A stretch of 59,248 nt of DNA from positions 1-59,248 of the forward strand of contig CAZMRP010000003.1 in the NCBI GenBank assembly GCA_964568275.1, written 5' to 3'. A program made the position numbers and the translations under genes. The notes under the pieces were generated by a model. The model ran no database searches. It was not told the origin of the DNA and saw only the letters and a program-made list of their open reading frames with translations. The stretch is from an uncultured Myxococcales bacterium (GTDB lineage Bacteria; Myxococcota_A; Polyangia; DRWM01; JAAZOP01). Within the stretch, counting starts at the first letter, position 1; every line of letters begins with the position of its first letter. Below are positions 50,102 to 58,615 of this stretch, piece by piece.

Positions 50102-51649
50102 TCAATCCTCCTCCCCGTCGGGCGGCATCGGGGAACACGAACCATCCGGGTCGGTCAGGCCCAGCGCCTCGGTGATGTGGCGCTTCTCCACGCCGTCGGC
50201 GCCATCAAGGTCGGCGATGGTGATCGCCACGCGGAGAGCGCGCTGGACCACGGCGCGTCCGATTCCGCCCCGGTCGGCGGCCACCTCCAGTGCCCGCCGC
50301 GCCGGCGAGTCGGGGGGGACGATCCGGACGATGTCGGCTTCGGCGAGGCCGGCATTGGCCTGGGCGAAGAGCCCGAGGCGCTTCGCCCGTTCCGCCTGCC
50401 GGCTGCGTGCCACGGCAATGCGCGCCTTGGCGGCCGCGATCGTCGTCGTCGGGGCCAGGTCCTGGCCCACGGGCGCGGGGCGAACCCGCACCTGGATGTC
50501 GAACACGTCGCCGAGCGGGAACCGCAAGCGACTCCGGTACCGCTCGACCGCGGTCGGCCTGCAGCGGCAGGTGCGGAGGGCGCTCCCCTGGAGCCCGCAG
50601 GGACAGGGGTTCGCGGCGGCGACGAGTTGGAACCGGGCCGGCAGCCGGACGGTGCCGTCCGAGCGGCAGATGGACGCCTCGCCGGTCTTGACGGCGTGGC
50701 GGACGATCTCGAGCGCTCCGGTGTTGAACTCCGGCAGTTCGTCCAGGAAGAGGACTCCGTGGTGGGCGAGGCTCGCCTCGCCGGGCCGCGTGGGGTTTCC
50801 GCCGCCGAGCAGGCCGGCGAAGCTTACGGTGTGGTGCGGCGCCCGGAACTCGCGCCGCCTCGGGTCGTAGCGGTCGGGGTCCAGCAGGCCGGCGGCGGAC
50901 CAGATGGTCGCCGTCTCCCGCGCCTCATCGAGCGCCGGCGGCGGCAGGAGGAGCGACAGCCGGCTGGCCAAGAGCGTCTTGCCGGACCCTGGTGCCCCGA
51001 CCAGCAGGAGATGGTGGCCGCCGGCGGCTGCGACTTCGAGCGCCCGCCGCGCCTCGGGCGATCCCGGAATGATGTCGTCGTCCCGCATTGGGCCGGTGCC
51101 GGTGCCGGTCGGGGCCACGGTCGCCGTGAGCCGCTGCTGCCCGAGCAGATGCAGCAGCACGTCGCCCAGGGTCGGGGCGCCGAGGACCTCGATCCCCTCC
51201 ACCCAGGGCACGACCTCCCGGGCATTCCGGGTCGGCACGATGATGCTCGTCGCGCCGGCCGCTTTCGCCGCCAGCGCCGCGGGGAGCGCGCCCCGGATGG
51301 GCAGGACCGAGCCCGCCAGCGTCAACTCCCCTGCGAACCACGTCGCGTCCGTGACCTCCGGCGGCAGGTTGCCCGTGGAGACGAGGAGGCTGATGGCGAC
51401 GGGGAGGTCCAGCGCGGCCGAGCGCACCGGCGGGTCGCCGGGAACGGCGCCCATCATGATGCAGTGCGGCGGGAGGTCGAAGCCGCAGCGGCGCAGGGCG
51501 GACTGGACGCGAACCAGGCACTCCCTGGCGGCCCGCTGCACCCAGCCCGTCCACCGGGGGGCCGCCCAGCGCCGGTCGTACTCGATCTCGATCACGGTAT
51601 CGTTGGCGACGACGCCGTCCAGGACGGCGCCGTGGATTCGTGCGAGCAA
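50102..51649 (-). CDS. comM: YifB/ComM-family Mg-chelatase-like AAA+ ATPase
   Basis: N-terminal Lon-protease-like fold region, Walker A LLLVGAPGSGKT, Walker B VLFLDELPEF and the Cys cluster AAANPCPCG...CRC. AAAGGAGAG sits 4 nt before TTG 51649. Confidence 0.85.
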   Translation of the reverse strand: MLARIHGAVLDGVVANDTVIEIEYDRRWAAPRWTGWVQRAARECLVRVQSALRRCGFDLPPHCIMMGAVPGDPPVRSAALDLPVAISLLVSTGNLPPEVTDATWFAGELTLAGSVLPIRGALPAALAAKAAGATSIIVPTRNAREVVPWVEGIEVLGAPTLGDVLLHLLGQQRLTATVAPTGTGTGPMRDDDIIPGSPEARRALEVAAAGGHHLLLVGAPGSGKTLLASRLSLLLPPPALDEARETATIWSAAGLLDPDRYDPRRREFRAPHHTVSFAGLLGGGNPTRPGEASLAHHGVLFLDELPEFNTGALEIVRHAVKTGEASICRSDGTVRLPARFQLVAAANPCPCGLQGSALRTCRCRPTAVERYRSRLRFPLGDVFDIQVRVRPAPVGQDLAPTTTIAAAKARIAVARSRQAERAKRLGLFAQANAGLAEADIVRIVPPDSPARRALEVAADRGGIGRAVVQRALRVAITIADLDGADGVEKRHITEALGLTDPDGSCSPMPPDGEED

Positions 51650-51757
51650 GTCGCTCTCCTTTCTGGAAGAGGGTGGCCGGGGGGCGGGCAAGGTGCTGAC
51701 CGGATTCGGTGCTTTGCCCCTGTGGGGTTCCCGTCCCCCGGCCGTCCCCGCGGGGAA

Positions 51758-52126
51758 CTACGCGTCGATCAGCAGCTCGAACGACCCGTCGTCCGGGTCC
51801 ACGAACTCGCGCCACGACTCGACGCAGGCGTGGAGGTTGCGGAAGAACACGAGCGCGTTCTCCTCGGGCCGAATGGCCTCGCTCCGCAACTCCTCGACCT
51901 CGGCGATGGCGAACGACATGAGCCGCTCGTCCATCTCCGCGAACCGGTCGAGGACCCCGGCGGCGTCCGCCCACCGGACGCGGTACTGGTCGCGGCTCGC
52001 CTCGTCGGCGTACTCCATGGCGATCTCGGGCTCGGCCTGCGAGACGGCGGCCAGGAGGTCGATGGCGGTCGTGGCGGTCACGAACACCCCAGCCGCCGGA
52101 CCCCAGCGCCGGGCCTCGGGGCGCAT
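51758..52126 (-). CDS. hypothetical protein (122 aa)
   Basis: Protein-like C-terminal part of a 606-aa shadow ORF, starting 14 nt after the upstream stop. Confidence 0.55.
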   Translation of the reverse strand: MRPEARRWGPAAGVFVTATTAIDLLAAVSQAEPEIAMEYADEASRDQYRVRWADAAGVLDRFAEMDERLMSFAIAEVEELRSEAIRPEENALVFFRNLHACVESWREFVDPDDGSFELLIDA

Positions 52127-52140
52127 GTTCCGCGACACGC

Positions 52141-53076
52141 TCAGTCCTCCAGGACGATGCGACGAGCCGGCCGGTCGACCACCATCGTGTCCAGGACGGA
52201 CTGGACCTGGGCCATCCCGTCGCGGACCTTGGTCCGGATGGCGTCGCTGGCCCGAAGGGCGTTGGCGTCCACGCCGTCGAGGGTCTTGCGGCAGCGCTCG
52301 ACGAGCTGGGCGAGCTGGGTGTCGTCGGTGACGTTCCGCGGGTCGAAGAGGTCCAGGTAGTCGGTCATGTTCTCGACCAGGGTGTCGCGAAAGACCTTGG
52401 GCTTCGCGTCGCCGTTCCCCTGCAGGCGTTCGACCATGTGGTCCACGACATCGGCGAGGCCGGCGCGCAGCGCCTGCCGCACCTCCTCGGACGCCTCGCG
52501 CCACTGCGCCTCGGCCTTCGCCTTCTCGCGCTCGAAGAGGTCCTTGCGGATCCCCTCCAGCTTCGCGGGGACGCCGAATGCGAGGTACCGCACGTCCACG
52601 TAGAACGCCGCGCGGACCCGCTCGTCGCTCGGATAGTCGCTCGCATCGAAGAGGCCGTTGAGCCGCTTCTTGGCATCCTCGACCGACTTGTCGTAGACGG
52701 CCAGGAACGCGTCGGCGAGAAACCGGCGCTTCTCCTGGTACTCGACGATCTTGCCGTCCACCTGCTCCACGAGGTCGATCGGGATGAGGTACGTCCCGCG
52801 CCTGAACGGCGACGGGAGGGCCCTCTTCGCGAGCCACGCCCGCATTTCGCCGTCGAGCGTCTTGATGGCGTCGAGTTCGTCGGACTCCAGGATCGCCTTG
52901 CTGACATGGAGCAGGTCCTTGTCCGCGTCGACCTGGATGTTGGAGGACGACACCTTGCGGCGCGTCCCGAGGCACCCGACGGCGAGCGAGAGGCACACGG
53001 CGCGGTCGAGCAGGCCGTGGCCGTTTCCGTTCATCGGCAGCGGCACCTGTCCGGTGCCGGCAGCGGCTTCCGTCAT
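52141..53076 (-). CDS. hypothetical protein (311 aa; reminiscent of conserved ICE/plasmid DUF proteins, family not verified)
   Basis: AAGGAGAAG RBS. Lys/Glu-rich helical protein with normal composition. Confidence 0.65.
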   Translation of the reverse strand: MTEAAAGTGQVPLPMNGNGHGLLDRAVCLSLAVGCLGTRRKVSSSNIQVDADKDLLHVSKAILESDELDAIKTLDGEMRAWLAKRALPSPFRRGTYLIPIDLVEQVDGKIVEYQEKRRFLADAFLAVYDKSVEDAKKRLNGLFDASDYPSDERVRAAFYVDVRYLAFGVPAKLEGIRKDLFEREKAKAEAQWREASEEVRQALRAGLADVVDHMVERLQGNGDAKPKVFRDTLVENMTDYLDLFDPRNVTDDTQLAQLVERCRKTLDGVDANALRASDAIRTKVRDGMAQVQSVLDTMVVDRPARRIVLED

Positions 53077-53103
53077 GTCGGTCTTCTCCTTCTTGGTCTG
53101 GGG

Positions 53104-53670
53104 TCAGGTTAGGGTCGCGTTGTTGATGCCGGTCATGACGGCCTTGCCCCGGTCGAGCACGACCTCCATCCCGGGCACCGCTTCCAGGTCGGTCAGCGTG
53201 TAGCGGTCGGTGAGCAGGTGGATCGTCTGGTTCGTGGATCCGAGCAGGGCATACCCGAGGTGCTGGCGTTTCCGGTAGGGACCGGCGACCACGACGTCGG
53301 CGAGGCGGGCCACGTTCATGAGCCGCGGCTTCCCGGGGAGGTAGTTCCACTCGTAGCCGGTGAAGAGCACGACGGACAGGTCGGTCGCCTTCCGGACCTT
53401 CCGGAGGAGCGCTTCCACCGCATCCGGTTGTTGGAGGGGTTCCCCGCCGGAAACGGTGATTCCCTCGATGTCGGAGGTGGATCGCACCCAGGCGACGACA
53501 TCCCCGACGGGCATGTCCGTGCCGCCCTGCGAGTCCTGGGCGTCGGGGTTGCAGCATCCGTCGCAGTGGAGGCTGCAACCCTGGGCCCAGATGACGGCGC
53601 GGCGCCCCGGGCCGTTGGCGTAGCTGCGTTCGAGGAGGGCGTGGACGCGCAGGGTCAGTGGCGGGCGCAT
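53104..53670 (-). CDS. NrdG/PflA-like small radical SAM activating enzyme (orphan)
   Basis: N-terminal GPGRRAVIWAQGCSLHCDGCCNP (CX3CX2C directly after a Gly-rich segment) and GITVSGGEPL, at about 188 aa. These are typical of anaerobic RNR or glycyl-radical activases. Confidence 0.72.
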   Translation of the reverse strand: MRPPLTLRVHALLERSYANGPGRRAVIWAQGCSLHCDGCCNPDAQDSQGGTDMPVGDVVAWVRSTSDIEGITVSGGEPLQQPDAVEALLRKVRKATDLSVVLFTGYEWNYLPGKPRLMNVARLADVVVAGPYRKRQHLGYALLGSTNQTIHLLTDRYTLTDLEAVPGMEVVLDRGKAVMTGINNATLT

Positions 53671-53849
53671 CGCTTCGCCTGGAGCGGGACCTCGTACGCC
53701 TCCCGGGTCGCCGTGCGCTTGGTCACCTTGCCCAACGCCTTCTCGACCTCGTCGGTGAGGTCGGTGCAGGTCTTGCCCTTGGCGCCCTGGACGTGGAGCG
53801 TCACCTGCCCGTCCTCGCCGACGACCACCTCGATCTCGACGGGCTTCAT
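53655..53849 (-). CDS. DUF2997-like small protein (64 aa)
   Basis: IEVVVGEDGQVTLHVQGAKGKTCTDLTDEVEKALGKV matches my recollection of the DUF2997 pattern. ATGA overlap with the DUF1257-like gene. Confidence 0.6.
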   Translation of the reverse strand: MKPVEIEVVVGEDGQVTLHVQGAKGKTCTDLTDEVEKALGKVTKRTATREAYEVPLQAKRCARH

Positions 53850-54253
53850 GCGGACCTCCGCAGGACGACGTGCAGCTTCCCGTCCCGGGCCTCTTCCCGC
53901 ACGACCCGGAACCCCTTCTTGGCGAGCTTGGCCACGGCGACATGGCGGCCGTAGCGCTGAAGGAGGCGGTTGCGCCAGTCCTGGCCGTAGCCGTTCTGCT
54001 GGTCGTACTCGGAGATGACGGCCTCGAAGGCGCCGCTCGCCGTCTTCCGGAACCCGATGTCGTTGGACAGCGGACCGACGTGGTCGCGGCGGACGATCAC
54101 CTCCGCCTTCTCCGGGCGCACGTCGGCCTCGTAGCCGTAGAGGTGCTGCGGCTGGTTGTGGACCTCGACCTTGTCGAGGCCGAGGTCGGCGAGCGCGGCG
54201 ACCAGGGCGTCGCGGTCGCGGATCTCGAGCGCGATGCTCGTGTAGTGGGACAT
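53846..54253 (-). CDS. DUF1257 (Ycf35-like) protein (135 aa)
   Basis: MSHYTSIALEIRDRDALVAALADLGL... matches the MSH[FY][ST].I...I.D...L..AL.DLG start of the family as I recall it. It starts 2 nt after the AAA+ stop. Confidence 0.68.
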   Translation of the reverse strand: MSHYTSIALEIRDRDALVAALADLGLDKVEVHNQPQHLYGYEADVRPEKAEVIVRRDHVGPLSNDIGFRKTASGAFEAVISEYDQQNGYGQDWRNRLLQRYGRHVAVAKLAKKGFRVVREEARDGKLHVVLRRSA

Positions 54254-54255
54254 GG

Positions 54256-55746
54256 TCAGTTGCCTTCCGGGTTGATGGCGCGGCCGAGCTCCGACGCCGG
54301 TGCCGGCGACGCGGTCGGGTTCACGTAGACACCCCCGCGGCTGGCATCGAGGAACCGGTGATGGGCGAGCCGGCGGAGGGCGGCGACCTGTTCGGCGCTC
54401 GACACGGCGACCGGCACGATGAAGCGGGACGCGTCCTTCAGCGAGCAGTCGAGGCGCCAAGCGATGGTGCAGCACGTGCGGATCTCGGCGCCCGTCCAGC
54501 TCGAGTCGTTTGGGTGGTCCTGTCCGTCGAGCCCGTACTTCGTTTCGTAGATGCGCCAGATGGCGGCCCGCTCGTCCTCCGACGGAAGATCGAACGTCCA
54601 GATCCCGTAGCAGAAGCGGCGTCGCAGCTCGGGCGGGATGCGGTCGAGGCCGTTCGCGGTCGCGATCCACAGCTCGTGCCCGCCGGCGATGGCCGTGACG
54701 ACGCGGAGCGCGCTCCGGATCTTCGTCTCGGACTCGGACACCAGCGAGCCCTTGGCCGCGCCCAGGTCGAGCTGGACGCACGGGATTCCGCCGGTACGCG
54801 CCGTGGCCCGGGCGAACATGCTCTTGGCGCTGCCGGGCGGACCGACGCAGATCATGCCCGTCGAGCCGCCGGCCTGCATGTGCTGGAGCAGGACGCCGAG
54901 CTGGTCCTGCGCGACGCCCGACAGGTCGCCCGAGGCGCCGGCGAGCTGCTTCTCGATCTCGTCCACCCAGATGACCGCCGCCGGGCGGTCCCGCCCCGCC
55001 AGCAGACGCCTCCCGAACTCCTTCACGGCGGCCAACCCGCCGATGGAGTCGTAGTCGTCGACGGATTCGTCGATGGCCAAGCCGGCGGTCTGCCGGATGA
55101 ACGACGTCTTGCGCGCCCAGAGCCGGCCCAGGTCCAGGCCGCTCTTGCGCAGGCTGAGCGCGACGGCCTGCTCTGCGGCAAACTGGGAGAGGCCCCGGAC
55201 GGCGGCGACGGCGCGGCCGAGCGTCTCGGCGTCGAGGTCGGGCAGCTTCCCCGCATGCACCTGGGCCTGGACGATCTCCCCGAGCGCCTCGCCTTCGGGC
55301 AGCGGTTCCTCGATGGTCAGCACGTCGTGTGCCAGTTCTGGCGGCAGCGAGAACGAAGCGCCCAGGAGGACGAGCATGCGGCCGTCCTGCTTGAACCGGT
55401 CGCGGAGGTTGACGACTCCCTGGATGACCGCCTCGGACGAGGGTCCGGAAAGGCAACGGTCGCCCTGGAACACCAGGATGACGGCATCATTCGGCAGGCG
55501 GACCGCGCGCTCCAGGATGTCGGCGGGCCCGGTGATGGAAGCCGCGTCGCCGCCGACCGCCGCCTCCGACGCGGCCTGACCCGCCTCGTTGAGGGGGTAG
55601 GCGCCCCGGATGAGATCCCAGCCGACGACGCCGGTTCCGAGGTTCTGCGCGATGGTGTCGCCGGTAGCGACGGCGTCGGCGGTGGACAGCGCCACGATGG
55701 GAACACCCACCCGCCTGGCCGCCTGGATCTGATCGATGATCTTCAT
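54256..55746 (-). CDS. AAA+ ATPase (Ycf46/classic-AAA-like) with an unusual motif order
   Basis: P-loop MICVGPPGSAKS, GSLVSESETKIRSAL, sensor-1-like LWIATANG and RIPPELRRRF. The Walker-B-like AVIWVDEIEK lies upstream of the P-loop. Confidence 0.8.
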   Translation of the reverse strand: MKIIDQIQAARRVGVPIVALSTADAVATGDTIAQNLGTGVVGWDLIRGAYPLNEAGQAASEAAVGGDAASITGPADILERAVRLPNDAVILVFQGDRCLSGPSSEAVIQGVVNLRDRFKQDGRMLVLLGASFSLPPELAHDVLTIEEPLPEGEALGEIVQAQVHAGKLPDLDAETLGRAVAAVRGLSQFAAEQAVALSLRKSGLDLGRLWARKTSFIRQTAGLAIDESVDDYDSIGGLAAVKEFGRRLLAGRDRPAAVIWVDEIEKQLAGASGDLSGVAQDQLGVLLQHMQAGGSTGMICVGPPGSAKSMFARATARTGGIPCVQLDLGAAKGSLVSESETKIRSALRVVTAIAGGHELWIATANGLDRIPPELRRRFCYGIWTFDLPSEDERAAIWRIYETKYGLDGQDHPNDSSWTGAEIRTCCTIAWRLDCSLKDASRFIVPVAVSSAEQVAALRRLAHHRFLDASRGGVYVNPTASPAPASELGRAINPEGN

Positions 55747-55772
55747 GTCGATGTCCTCGGTGCCGGGGAGGG

Positions 55773-56528
55773 TCAGAACGGCCGGTTCTCGTCGGCCTGC
55801 CCGTTGCCGTTGCCGTTCTCGAACTGGGCGCCGACGTCGAGCCGGGCGAACCGCTCGGACCATACCCGGTACTTGCCGGCGGGGCTGACCGGCTGCACGG
55901 CGGCCACGATGGGCAGGAAGTAGTTGCCCTTGGCGGAGGTCTCGCGCCGGAGCTTCAGCACGCACTCCAGGTCGTGGAGCGCCACGCGCCGCTGCCAGGC
56001 GAGGGTGCGGATGATCTTGATCGTGCGGATGGCCGCCCCGTGGAAGCCCATCGCGAAGGGCGTCTCGGTCGAGAGGTCCAAGGCGATCATGAGGAACGTG
56101 TCCCTGCACTCGGGCCGTCCCTGCCGCGGCCACTCCGCCTTCGGGCAGACCGGGCGAAGGCGACGGCCCGCCACGATGCAGCAGGCCTCGCTCACCGTCT
56201 TCTCGATGAGCGAAGACGGGTAGAGGCCGTCGTCGGACCGGCAGACCGGATCGCTCCCGATCTCCGCGCCCCACAGCACCCGGCCGCGCTGGATGCGCAG
56301 CGGCGCCAGCCGAAGCTCGCTCCGCTCGGAGCCGTCGAGGTTCGAGCGGAACGTGCCCGGTGTCCCTTCCTTGCTCGTCGGCTGGACCACCGCGTAGCGC
56401 GGCACCAGCACGTCGTCCTCGTACACCGGCCCGCTGTCGTCGGGTCGGATGATCGCAGCGTCGGCGCCCTCGTTGCTCTCGGTCCGGGGGTGGACCATCA
56501 CGGTCCCATCCTGCACGCTCGTTTCCAT
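55773..56528 (-). CDS. hypothetical protein (251 aa), partner of the Cas4-like nuclease
   Basis: Co-directional ORF with balanced composition and conserved-looking Cys pairs (PVCRSDDG..., CCIVAG...PVCPKAEW...PEC). Confidence 0.6.
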   Translation of the reverse strand: METSVQDGTVMVHPRTESNEGADAAIIRPDDSGPVYEDDVLVPRYAVVQPTSKEGTPGTFRSNLDGSERSELRLAPLRIQRGRVLWGAEIGSDPVCRSDDGLYPSSLIEKTVSEACCIVAGRRLRPVCPKAEWPRQGRPECRDTFLMIALDLSTETPFAMGFHGAAIRTIKIIRTLAWQRRVALHDLECVLKLRRETSAKGNYFLPIVAAVQPVSPAGKYRVWSERFARLDVGAQFENGNGNGQADENRPF

Positions 56529-56550
56529 CGTCTTCTCCTTCTCCGACGGG

Positions 56551-57630
56551 CTATGCCTCGTCGATCAGCTCTTCGTGCGCGACGTCCTTCGTCATGAACC
56601 CCGTTGCGTCGCCGTGCCAGCAGAGCGGCCGGTACCGACACACGCCGTACGCGCCTCGGCACGCCGGGCCGCGCTTGCTCACGTAGCCGTACTTCTCGGC
56701 GCGGCGGATTCCGTCCGCGACGCGCCACAGGTTCACCATCGCCTCGCGCCGCAACTCATCGTTCACGGGCAGCACCACGCGCCTGAAGGACTTCTCCGGC
56801 TCCTTGCGGTACTCGTCCAGCGCCCGCGTCTCGAACGCCTCGGGGGTCTCGTCCTTCCTCGGCCGGATGCGTGGCTTCGCGACGATGTCCAGCACCGCGC
56901 CCAGGCACGGGCCGTGGCCACCGTCGAGATGCTCCTCGACCAGCGCCTGGTAGATTGCGGGCTGGGCCGAGAACCGCATCGCCTCAACGAACGCGTCGAG
57001 GTCCTCGCTCGTCGTCTTGATCTCAGCCACGCAGTAGCCGTCGGCACCGTTGCCGCGGCGGCGGGCGATAGCGTCGATCCTCCCGGCGAGCATGAACGTC
57101 CGGGACGGTCGGCCGGTCAGCGGGTTGCGGAGCGGCGCATTCAGCGCCAACTCGGTTTCGATGACCTCCAGGTCGCGGTCGAGGAACGTCAGCACCTCGG
57201 GGTGGGCATCGGCCAGGGGCGCGGAATCGTGCTGTTCCAGCCAAGCGCGGAGCATGGCGTGGGCCTTCGCTGCGTCCCAGGCCATGCTCTCGGCCAGCGC
57301 CGCCTTCCCGGTCTCGTCGAGCGACAGCCGGGCCCGGGCGGCGAACGATTCCATCTTCCCGGCCGCGACGACCCACGCCTCGGCCAGGGAGCGACCGTGG
57401 TGCAGAGCCTCGATCCCGGCGTGGACGCCGGAGCCGATGGCCAACGCCGGGGGATACGCGGTCGGGACGATGAGGTCTTCGTAGCAGAACTTGTACTCGA
57501 CCTGGCACGTCGACCACGCCTGCATGCTCGAGTGGGTCAGCAGGCGCGGAGTGCGTTCGGGAAGCGGGCAGGGCATCGGTGCGGTCGTCGCCGCGGCCGA
57601 CGGCGTGGTCTCGACGGCGCAGGTCTCCAT
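56551..57630 (-). CDS. PD-(D/E)xK nuclease, RecB/Cas4-like with a C-terminal Cys cluster
   Basis: GRIDAI...YCVAEIKTT (D...ExK), QPAIYQALVEE (QxxxY) and C-terminal CRGAYGVCRYRPLCW. AAGGAG RBS 6 nt before ATG 57630. Confidence 0.75.
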   Translation of the reverse strand: METCAVETTPSAAATTAPMPCPLPERTPRLLTHSSMQAWSTCQVEYKFCYEDLIVPTAYPPALAIGSGVHAGIEALHHGRSLAEAWVVAAGKMESFAARARLSLDETGKAALAESMAWDAAKAHAMLRAWLEQHDSAPLADAHPEVLTFLDRDLEVIETELALNAPLRNPLTGRPSRTFMLAGRIDAIARRRGNGADGYCVAEIKTTSEDLDAFVEAMRFSAQPAIYQALVEEHLDGGHGPCLGAVLDIVAKPRIRPRKDETPEAFETRALDEYRKEPEKSFRRVVLPVNDELRREAMVNLWRVADGIRRAEKYGYVSKRGPACRGAYGVCRYRPLCWHGDATGFMTKDVAHEELIDEA

Positions 57631-57680
57631 CGTCTGCTCCTTCCTGCCGCCAGAAAGGGGCGGCCGGACGCTGTACTGCT

Positions 57681-58427
57681 TCAGTTCGTCGCCGGGGATG
57701 CCGTCTGCGGCGCTAGCGTCGCCGGGGGCGGCTGGGTGCGGTGTGCGGGGCGGGCGTGACGACGGGCGGGATGGGCGGCGGCCGAGGTCGTTCGCGCCTG
57801 CTGGAGCGTCTGCTGGACGGTTTCGGACGGGAAACGGATGCGCCTCCGCCACGCCAGCGAGCGGCTGGCGCGCTCCGACCACGTCCGGATGAGGGCGCCG
57901 TCATCGGCCATGCGCACGTCCCAGATGCCGGCGATGGCGACGCGCCCGTCGTCGCGAACGGCATGGAGCGCAACGTGGACGTCGTCCTGGTCCACGAAGA
58001 TGGCCAGCGCCTCCCGGGCAACGAGCCGGTCGCGCCACCGGCGCAGCGGGCGGCTGTCCAGCCCCCGCCACGCCAGGGCCCACCCCGCCCCGCGCTTGTC
58101 GCGCACCGCCATCTGCACGTCGGTGCGGACACGGTGCTCGCGGGCCCAGGCGAGGAACTGCATCACGGCGGGCGAGCCCTCGTCCCCGACGACGCGGGCG
58201 AGGAACATGCCCTCGACGGAACCCGAGCCCGTGCAGGTCTGGCAGGTCGAGACACACCGCAAGGTGCGCCGGCGGAACGTGCGCACGCCGCTGCCCGAAC
58301 ACGTCGGACAGCAGCCCGTCGCCGCCGCTTCGCCGGTCCTCGCCGGGCGAACGAACGATTCGATCCCATCGACCTCGGGCGGCACGAGCCCCGCGCAGAG
58401 CGGGCCCGCGCAGATCACGAGCTGCAT
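57681..58427 (-). CDS. hypothetical protein with a DnaJ-type CxxCxGxG zinc-finger pair
   Basis: CPTCSGSG...CQTCTGSG near the N-terminus. AAGGAG sits 6 nt before ATG 58427. Confidence 0.55.
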   Translation of the reverse strand: MQLVICAGPLCAGLVPPEVDGIESFVRPARTGEAAATGCCPTCSGSGVRTFRRRTLRCVSTCQTCTGSGSVEGMFLARVVGDEGSPAVMQFLAWAREHRVRTDVQMAVRDKRGAGWALAWRGLDSRPLRRWRDRLVAREALAIFVDQDDVHVALHAVRDDGRVAIAGIWDVRMADDGALIRTWSERASRSLAWRRRIRFPSETVQQTLQQARTTSAAAHPARRHARPAHRTQPPPATLAPQTASPATN

Positions 58428-58615
58428 GGTCAACTCCTTGTTCGTGAAGCGCCGCCGGGATCGACGGCGTTGAGAATGCTCCAGGGTTCTCTGGTGCTCA
58501 GGTGCCGACTTCGGTGGGGCCCTTCCTGGTGGAATGCCGGGGACCGATGGTGCCCGCGCCGGCCGCGTCCGGCCACGCGGCCCGCCCGCGCAGACCAGTG
58601 GGGCTTCTGCCGATG

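Noticed and set aside
49757-52360. 867-aa plus-strand ORF, and similar plus-strand ORFs across 34.6-58.6 kb (for example 34676-36124, 36633-37976, 41695-43041, 54358-55923, 56449-57759)
   Set aside because: They are opposite the minus-strand gene train, which has RBSs, coupled junctions and family motifs. The plus-strand translations are Arg/Gly/Pro-rich.
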